IMG/VR virus record: IMGVR_UViG_3300005403_000005
Location: 26,308 to 90,307 of that record
Length of the DNA: 64,000 nt
Reading direction: 5' to 3' (one strand)
From: a virus
Taxonomy: Duplodnaviria; Caudoviricetes
Shown: positions 58,934 through 64,000 of the stretch, piece after piece
Layout of the letters: the number at the start of each line of letters is the position of its first letter
Position numbering within the stretch: the first letter of the stretch is position 1
The notes under the pieces: generated by a model
Seen by the model: only the letters and a program-made list of their open reading frames with translations
Told to the model about the DNA's origin: nothing
The model's database searches: none
Position numbers and translations under genes: made by a program

Positions 58934-59998
58934 ATGTCACATTTCACAGTTTTGGTAATCGGAGAAGACATCAAGAAGCAACTCGCGCCATTCCAAGAGA
59001 ACAACATGGGCGATTGTCCCGAGAAGTTCATGGAGTTCAATGATGTTGAGCCGGAATATCGCGAACGGTACGAGAATGATACGGAAACTCGCTATAAGCG
59101 GGTGGGCGATGAAGACCTTTATGAGGGTGGTGAGGACATCTTCTATCGCGTCGCTGCTCCCGAGGAGGTTGTGGAGTTCAACTCCCTACCATATTTTGAG
59201 CGGAGCATGAAGTTCCCCAGACATAAGTATTGTGATGGCGGCGAGTTGTATCTCCACATCGGCTTTGATGATTTCGAGCTTATTGAAGTCCCGGTCAAGG
59301 AGATTTACCCCACCTTCGACAAGTACATGACCGAGTACGCCGGCTACAGGCTTGATGAGAAGACCGGGAAGTACGGCTATTGGGAGAACCCCAACAGTAA
59401 GTGGGACTGGTACACAGTCGGGGGTCGCTGGACTGGGGTTTTCAAGCTTAAAGAGGGTGCCAAAGGTGAAGTTGACTCGGCTGGAATCATGACCGAACGT
59501 GCGAAGCCCGGATATGCTGATTCGGCACTCAAGGGTGACATCGACTTCGAAGCTATGCGCGATGCGGCGGGCGAAGAGGCCGGGTCCCGCTGGGATGCCG
59601 TTGATGCGAAGCTTTCTGGCATCCCCCGCGAGGATTTCGTCACGTGGGATAAGGCGAGGGATGAGATGTTCCCCGGCGATATCGATGCAGCACAGAAGTT
59701 CTACAATGAGCAGCCCCTCGCAGTGGCGTTCAAAGGGTGCTCCGATACTGTCGGCTATTTCGCCGACATCAGCGATTATCTCGTCCCACGCGAGAAATTC
59801 ATCCAGACAGCCCGCGATGGCGCAGTCTGCACATTCGCAATCCTCAAGGATGGCAAATGGTACGAGCGGGGCGAGATGGGATGGTGGTGTTGCGTCGCCA
59901 ATGAGAAGGACAAGGATGACTGGAATTCCCAGTTCGCCAAGCTCATCGATGAACTCCCCGATGATGCCCGCCTCACGGTCGTCGACTGCCACATCTAA
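58934..59998 (+). CDS. Conserved phage hypothetical protein
   Basis: MSHFTVLVIG, NPNSKWDWY.VGGRW, DGKWYERGEMGWW, TVVDCHI. Confidence 0.75.
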   Translation: MSHFTVLVIGEDIKKQLAPFQENNMGDCPEKFMEFNDVEPEYRERYENDTETRYKRVGDEDLYEGGEDIFYRVAAPEEVVEFNSLPYFERSMKFPRHKYCDGGELYLHIGFDDFELIEVPVKEIYPTFDKYMTEYAGYRLDEKTGKYGYWENPNSKWDWYTVGGRWTGVFKLKEGAKGEVDSAGIMTERAKPGYADSALKGDIDFEAMRDAAGEEAGSRWDAVDAKLSGIPREDFVTWDKARDEMFPGDIDAAQKFYNEQPLAVAFKGCSDTVGYFADISDYLVPREKFIQTARDGAVCTFAILKDGKWYERGEMGWWCCVANEKDKDDWNSQFAKLIDELPDDARLTVVDCHI

Positions 59999-60221
59999 TG
60001 GGCGTTTCTATGCGGGACTGTAAATCAGTCCCGCATATCCAAAATGGAGGTGATGGCATGGGTATAGCAAGCGTATTTTTTTTTGTTGTTGGCATCTTAT
60101 GGATGCTTAATGCGATATTATGCGTGAGGGTGAAAAGAAATTTGTCAGCTTTTGTATTTGCCATCATAAGCATAATAAACTTTCTCGTCGTGGCGGTCAT
60201 TTATAATAGTGGAGTTCTAAG

Positions 60222-60365
60222 ATGAGAAGCGTTTGTTCAGTGGTGAGTGATGGCTACATCCTTCGCAGGAATGGAAGGGTTGCTGGCCGCTTCAAGACAG
60301 TGTAAGATGCCTTCGCTACCGTGGAGGATGATGAGGAGCTCGAACGGAACGAGGACTTCATCTGA
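60222..60365 (+). pseudogene. Small ORF interrupted by in-frame TAA
   Basis: TAA 60303-60305 in KTV*DAFATVEDDEEL. Confidence 0.4.
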
Positions 60366-60428
60366 TTATAACGGTTAGCCGATGACCCGCGCAGCGAAGC
60401 GGAGTCGGCGTCTATAGGCGGGTTATAT
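60366..60428 (-). mobile_element. Integron attC site
   Basis: Minus strand: ATATAAC-CCGC-CTATAGAC...GTCATCG...GTTATAA. Confidence 0.7.
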
Positions 60429-60446
60429 CACGAAAGGACTGTTGAT

Positions 60447-60755
60447 ATGGAATGGATAAGCGTCAACGACCGTCTACCTGAGATACCAGAGGGCCGATAC
60501 GGAGTGCAGATATTGATAGCCGAGTTCGACTCTATTTATGAGGAATGCAATCCCGGTCAAGGTTATAGAGTCAGTCAAGCCAGCTATCATTTCATCTCTG
60601 ACGCTGAGCGTAAAACTTGGGGTTGGTCAGAAGCAGTAAAAGCGGATTTCATGCAACTTTACAGCGGGCCAACTGGTAGCGAGTGGGGGCCATGCGCGGA
60701 TGTTGTCACACATTGGATGCCTCTTCCGGCACCACCGACGACAAAACCAGAGTGA
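60447..60755 (+). CDS. DUF551-like protein (cassette ORF)
   Basis: MEWISVNDRLPE...VTHWMPLPAPP. Confidence 0.75.
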   Translation: MEWISVNDRLPEIPEGRYGVQILIAEFDSIYEECNPGQGYRVSQASYHFISDAERKTWGWSEAVKADFMQLYSGPTGSEWGPCADVVTHWMPLPAPPTTKPE

Positions 60756-60813
60756 TATAACGGCCAGCCGATGACCGGACGGCTTTATGTTCCGGTCGAT
60801 AGGCGGGTTATCC
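60755..60813 (-). mobile_element. Integron attC site
   Basis: Minus strand: GGATAAC-CCGC-CTATCGAC-CGGAAC...GTCCG-GTCATCG...GTTATAT; two unpaired bases (C, A). Confidence 0.85.
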
Positions 60814-60846
60814 CTTTTGGGTGGCCCGCAGGGAGGAATTGAGATT

Positions 60847-61137
60847 ATGAGCAACACTCTGACCTGTGTTTACTGTGGTATGGCCTATCCCGAGGGGACA
60901 CCTCCGCACGGCTCGCAAGTTCTAACCGACCATATCAAAGTCTGCGAAAAGCACCCACTCCGCGCTGCCGAAACAACGATTGCAAAACTCCGCTCCGCCC
61001 TGGTCGGGTTGGTGGGGGTTGACGGCAAAGAGGAGTTGGAACAAATGGAGGCAATGATACGGATGTCTGGCGATGCGTCGACCAAAGATAAGGCAGTCGC
61101 AATTGACGCAATCCACGCCCTACTGGATACGTTGTAG
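60847..61137 (+). CDS. Hypothetical protein (cassette ORF)
   Basis: CVYCG...HI..C..HP; bounded by attC sites. Confidence 0.6.
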   Translation: MSNTLTCVYCGMAYPEGTPPHGSQVLTDHIKVCEKHPLRAAETTIAKLRSALVGLVGVDGKEELEQMEAMIRMSGDASTKDKAVAIDAIHALLDTL

Positions 61138-61189
61138 GGATAACGGTTACTAAGGTGAGCGGCTTGACCGCTCCGGCGAATTGTTATCT
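61138..61189 (-). mobile_element. Integron attC site
   Basis: Minus strand: AGATAAC-AATTC-GCCGGAGCGG...CCGCTCACC...GTTATCC. Confidence 0.7.
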
Positions 61190-61384
61190 TCGGAGGCAAT
61201 TTTGAAAGAGGGAAATCGATTAACCTGTGATTGCTGCGCTCGGCAAATTATCCACGGCAGCGGAAAAGGTGATAAATGGGTGACATTCGGGCCGGTCACT
61301 CTGTTGGGAATAAATCAGCATTGTTGTTCGGAATGTTCTATTGATCTGGATGAAAACGGGCTGTTTCCAGAAGAAAGAAGATAA
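61181..61384 (+). CDS. Cys-rich hypothetical protein (cassette ORF)
   Basis: CDCC...CCSEC; stop TAA lies within the next attC R box. Confidence 0.5.
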   Translation: MLSSEAILKEGNRLTCDCCARQIIHGSGKGDKWVTFGPVTLLGINQHCCSECSIDLDENGLFPEERR

Positions 61385-61431
61385 CGGCCATGCGTTTGAC
61401 CTGCTCCGGCAGGTCGTAACGCTGGTTATAC
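61379..61431 (-). mobile_element. Integron attC site
   Basis: Minus strand: GTATAAC-CAGC-GTTACGAC-CTGC...GCAG-GTCAAAC...GTTATCT; extra C in L''. Confidence 0.85.
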
Positions 61432-61441
61432 GGGAGGTACA

Positions 61442-61645
61442 GTGAGCAAAGAAGAGTACATCAATCAATTATCAAGTCTTCAGCAACAGTTAAACAATCA
61501 CCTGATGGGTGCATACCAGCACGATCTTAAATACAAGCTGGAAATCAATGAGGCCCGTTCAGCCTCAAAGGATGATGACCGGCAAGTCATTGGCATAACC
61601 GTAACCAGTGCCAAGCCGGTTTATAAAAGTGACGGGGTGCCGTGA
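61442..61645 (+). CDS. Hypothetical protein
   Basis: GGAGGT RBS right after attC. Confidence 0.5.
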   Translation: MSKEEYINQLSSLQQQLNNHLMGAYQHDLKYKLEINEARSASKDDDRQVIGITVTSAKPVYKSDGVP

Positions 61646-61794
61646 TGATAGCCATAGTTAACATAACTCAGCCCTGTGAACCCGAAAGCGACGATACTGC
61701 TCCGGACGAAGACTGGATGCTTCCCGAATGACTACATTGCCGGGGATGCCATCATTGTGACGAATCAAGAACTAAATGGGAATGAGGATTAACA

Positions 61795-62070
61795 ATGGGA
61801 CTCAAGGAAACTCTGACGAAGGATGTGGGAACAAAGATGCGCTTCAAGAACCCGCAGAATGGTTACGTTGAAGAGGTCAATACGCCGCCCTTTCTATGCT
61901 GTCTGCTCTTCGGCACGCTCTACTTCGCCAGCAAGGGTATCTGGACGCATGCTGTGGTCAGCTTCCTCCTTGCAATCTTCACGTTTGGCATCAGTTGGCT
62001 CATCTATCCCTTCTTCGCGAAAGGCATCGTTAGGCAAAGCTATCTCCGGAAAGGATGGTCTGAGGCATGA
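61795..62070 (+). CDS. Small membrane protein
   Basis: Two to three hydrophobic segments; GAGGA RBS. Confidence 0.6.
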   Translation: MGLKETLTKDVGTKMRFKNPQNGYVEEVNTPPFLCCLLFGTLYFASKGIWTHAVVSFLLAIFTFGISWLIYPFFAKGIVRQSYLRKGWSEA

Positions 62071-62564
62071 GGCACAAAGTCGGCGATATCGTCCGTATCA
62101 CGGTAGGTGGCAAGCACGCCACGGGATTTGGCGAAGGTCATGAATTTGAGGTGGGCGAAGAGGTAAGAATCGTCAAGGTCAGGGTCAAGGAGGATGACGG
62201 GTCGCCATACTACCATGCAGAGTACCTTGATGTCAGAGATTCGTGGATTATCGATGACAACTGCTGCGAGGCGATTGAGGTGAAGAAGCCCCAAGTGGGC
62301 GATAAAGTCAGGATAATTCTCAGTGGCAATTATGGAAGGTGTGGGCATGGCTTTGATATCGGCGAAGTGGTAGAGCTCATCAACTATGACCCTAGCGATG
62401 ACACTTACAATGCTATAGATAGTCGGAAAGTAAGTTTCTGGATAGCCCCAGAGCACTTCGAGCCGATAGAAGCTGGGGAGTGCAGGGACAAGAATCCAAT
62501 GCCGAAGAAGCAAGACTCACTAGAGGCCATTGTATCCAACGCCAAATGGCGTCTGGCAGTGTAG
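62067..62564 (+). CDS. Tandem KOW/SH3-like domain protein with C-terminal AKWRL tag
   Basis: HKVGDIVRI...GHEFEVGE and PQVGDKVRI...GHGFDIGE repeats; ends LEAIVSNAKWRLAV. Confidence 0.65.
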   Translation: MRHKVGDIVRITVGGKHATGFGEGHEFEVGEEVRIVKVRVKEDDGSPYYHAEYLDVRDSWIIDDNCCEAIEVKKPQVGDKVRIILSGNYGRCGHGFDIGEVVELINYDPSDDTYNAIDSRKVSFWIAPEHFEPIEAGECRDKNPMPKKQDSLEAIVSNAKWRLAV

Positions 62565-62939
62565 GGAGAGTTATAGTGGCAAATCTCGAACGTGATAAAT
62601 TCATTACTGAGGCAATGGGTGAGTGTTGGCATGAAGTAGATATGACCACACCCAGAAAGTCACACGGCCTATGTGCTTGCGGGAGGACTTTATTTCGCAG
62701 ACGCAATCTACGAGTACCTGAAGGAGGCGAAGTAATGGAATGCCCCAAGTGTGGCAGTAGCGTAGAGATAATGGTAGATGTCACCATGCTCATCCCAGCC
62801 GAGATGGAAGCCAATCTCTCCAAGAAGAACATCAGGGATAAAAGGGTGAAGCTTTACGCGGCGAACTGGGAGCGTGCAGCCTACTTTTGCAAGAATGGAG
62901 AGTGTCGCTGGATGATGCGGCCCAACAGGAGATAGTGCA

Positions 62940-63419
62940 ATGACCCAAGATGATATCACCTCAATACAGAGGGCAATAGACTACGCAACCAAAGTGCTCC
63001 TGCTTCCCCACAGCCTACCCAAATCACTCGACAGAATCCTCCAAAGGCTCTGTGAATTAGAAACTGAGCTCCAAGAGGCCCAGTCAGAGAACGAAAAAAT
63101 AAAAGACCACGCCGAAAAAATAAAGGCGTTCGCAGATGCTCGGGATGATAGTTACCAAGATGCCATCAGAGCCAGAGACGAGGAAATCCACAAACAACAG
63201 GAGCTCCTTAAAGCAGCCAACAATGCCCTTTTACGAAAGGACTGGGAGATGGAAATACAAGGCCGGCACATCAAGTACCTTGAGGATAGGCTTAACGCCA
63301 GTCTTAATGCCATTCAATCACAGCAGCACAAGCCCACCAAAGAAAACCCGGAAAAAGAGGCAGAGATAAATGCAGTCATCGAAGCCTACAAACAGATGGC
63401 CAAAGAAAGCGGCTACTAA
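62940..63419 (+). CDS. Coiled-coil hypothetical protein
   Basis: Long heptad-rich ORF with A-rich composition. Confidence 0.55.
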   Translation: MTQDDITSIQRAIDYATKVLLLPHSLPKSLDRILQRLCELETELQEAQSENEKIKDHAEKIKAFADARDDSYQDAIRARDEEIHKQQELLKAANNALLRKDWEMEIQGRHIKYLEDRLNASLNAIQSQQHKPTKENPEKEAEINAVIEAYKQMAKESGY

Positions 63420-63699
63420 GCCACAATTCATCACAACACCCAACTGTTTACCATCTGTTTATATTCGTTCACCAAAACCACCACTAAACACACCAATCCA
63501 AACAACCCCGTTTAGATGAACAAAATCCCGCCAGACTAAACAAATCCCAAAAGACTAAAAGAACAAGAAGACTAAGGGAAAAGAAGGAAGAAACTGGGAA
63601 TATCGTAAAGCCCTGAAATTACGTCATAGAGCATCCCAGTTCCCTAGTAGAACGTATAGAAGAACACTGATAAGAAGAGAAGTAACACACAACTGACTG

Positions 63700-64000
63700 A
63701 ACTATTCATAAGCCAACTGACTGACAAACCAACTGATAGCCATAGAACTGTGTAGAGCCGGGGGACTGATAGCTATAAAGGGGACTGATAGCTATAAACC
63801 AGCCATAAACCGGCCATAAACCGGGGGGACCAATAGCCATAAACCAGGGGACTGGGCGTGTCACTCTTTCCAGTCCACCCAGCCCCTCCCGTCCTCTCCC
63901 GCATGTCACCCAACTGAATGGCCATGTGCGTCAACGGCAACGTCTAGGTGGAAACGAGAATGGCCATGCGCGTTGACGGGTAAACGTCCGCCAACTGACG
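63700..64000. repeat. Non-coding short-repeat region
   Basis: GGGACTGATAGCTATAAA x2 (63762, 63781), CCATAAAC x3, GAATGGCCATG(T/C)GCGT x2. Confidence 0.75.

Noticed and set aside
7741-59992. Long antisense ORFs in the track (e.g. 7741-8508, 13391-14173, 42659-43525, 45831-46667, 59186-59992)
   Set aside because: They shadow well-supported genes on the other strand and show no motifs or RBS.
7856-60305. Stop-codon reassignment suggested by in-frame stops (TAA 7856, TGA 51544, TAA 60303)
   Set aside because: Different stop types, only in dispensable genes; long conserved genes are open in the standard code and end at all three stops; no suppressor tRNA seen.
61655-61700. Additional attC at ACATAAC 61660
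   Set aside because: An R-like box is present but I found no matching hairpin or partner box; at most a remnant.

Overview
The whole window is bacteriophage (tailed dsDNA phage or prophage) sequence; no host housekeeping block is visible. From left to right: the end of a tail-fibre/host-specificity gene, a lysis cassette, a broken tyrosine integrase next to a complete tRNA-Arg(CCT), a minus-strand thyX/HNH/SF2-helicase block, a replication-recombination arm (PhoH, DnaB-like helicase, primase, VWA+MoxR, sigma-like factor, DnaE, SSB-like, RecA, SbcD/SbcC, RuvC), nucleotide metabolism (dUTPase, class III RNR, P-loop kinase), a DNA-modification operon, a DNA ligase, about 15 kb of small early genes and a repeat-rich non-coding right end. 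Strongest signals: (1) a C5-methyltransferase with Arg in place of the motif-X Asn, operonic with a CmoA-like carboxy-SAM synthase, an asparagine-synthase-like ligase and an ornithine-cyclodeaminase-like enzyme, a candidate new carboxymethylcytosine hypermodification pathway; (2) dnaE fractured inside a charge-complementary split intein carrying an HNH nuclease; (3) integron attC cassette arrays with antisense ORFs and offset R''/R' complementarity; (4) a shared A[KR]WR[LY] peptide tag on six otherwise different small proteins; (5) a palindromic operator-like motif inside at least 10 sigma70 promoters, while both the XRE repressor and the integrase are disrupted. All protein assignments come from motif recognition by eye; no database search was run. 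Coordinates were hand-indexed and may be off by a few bases.
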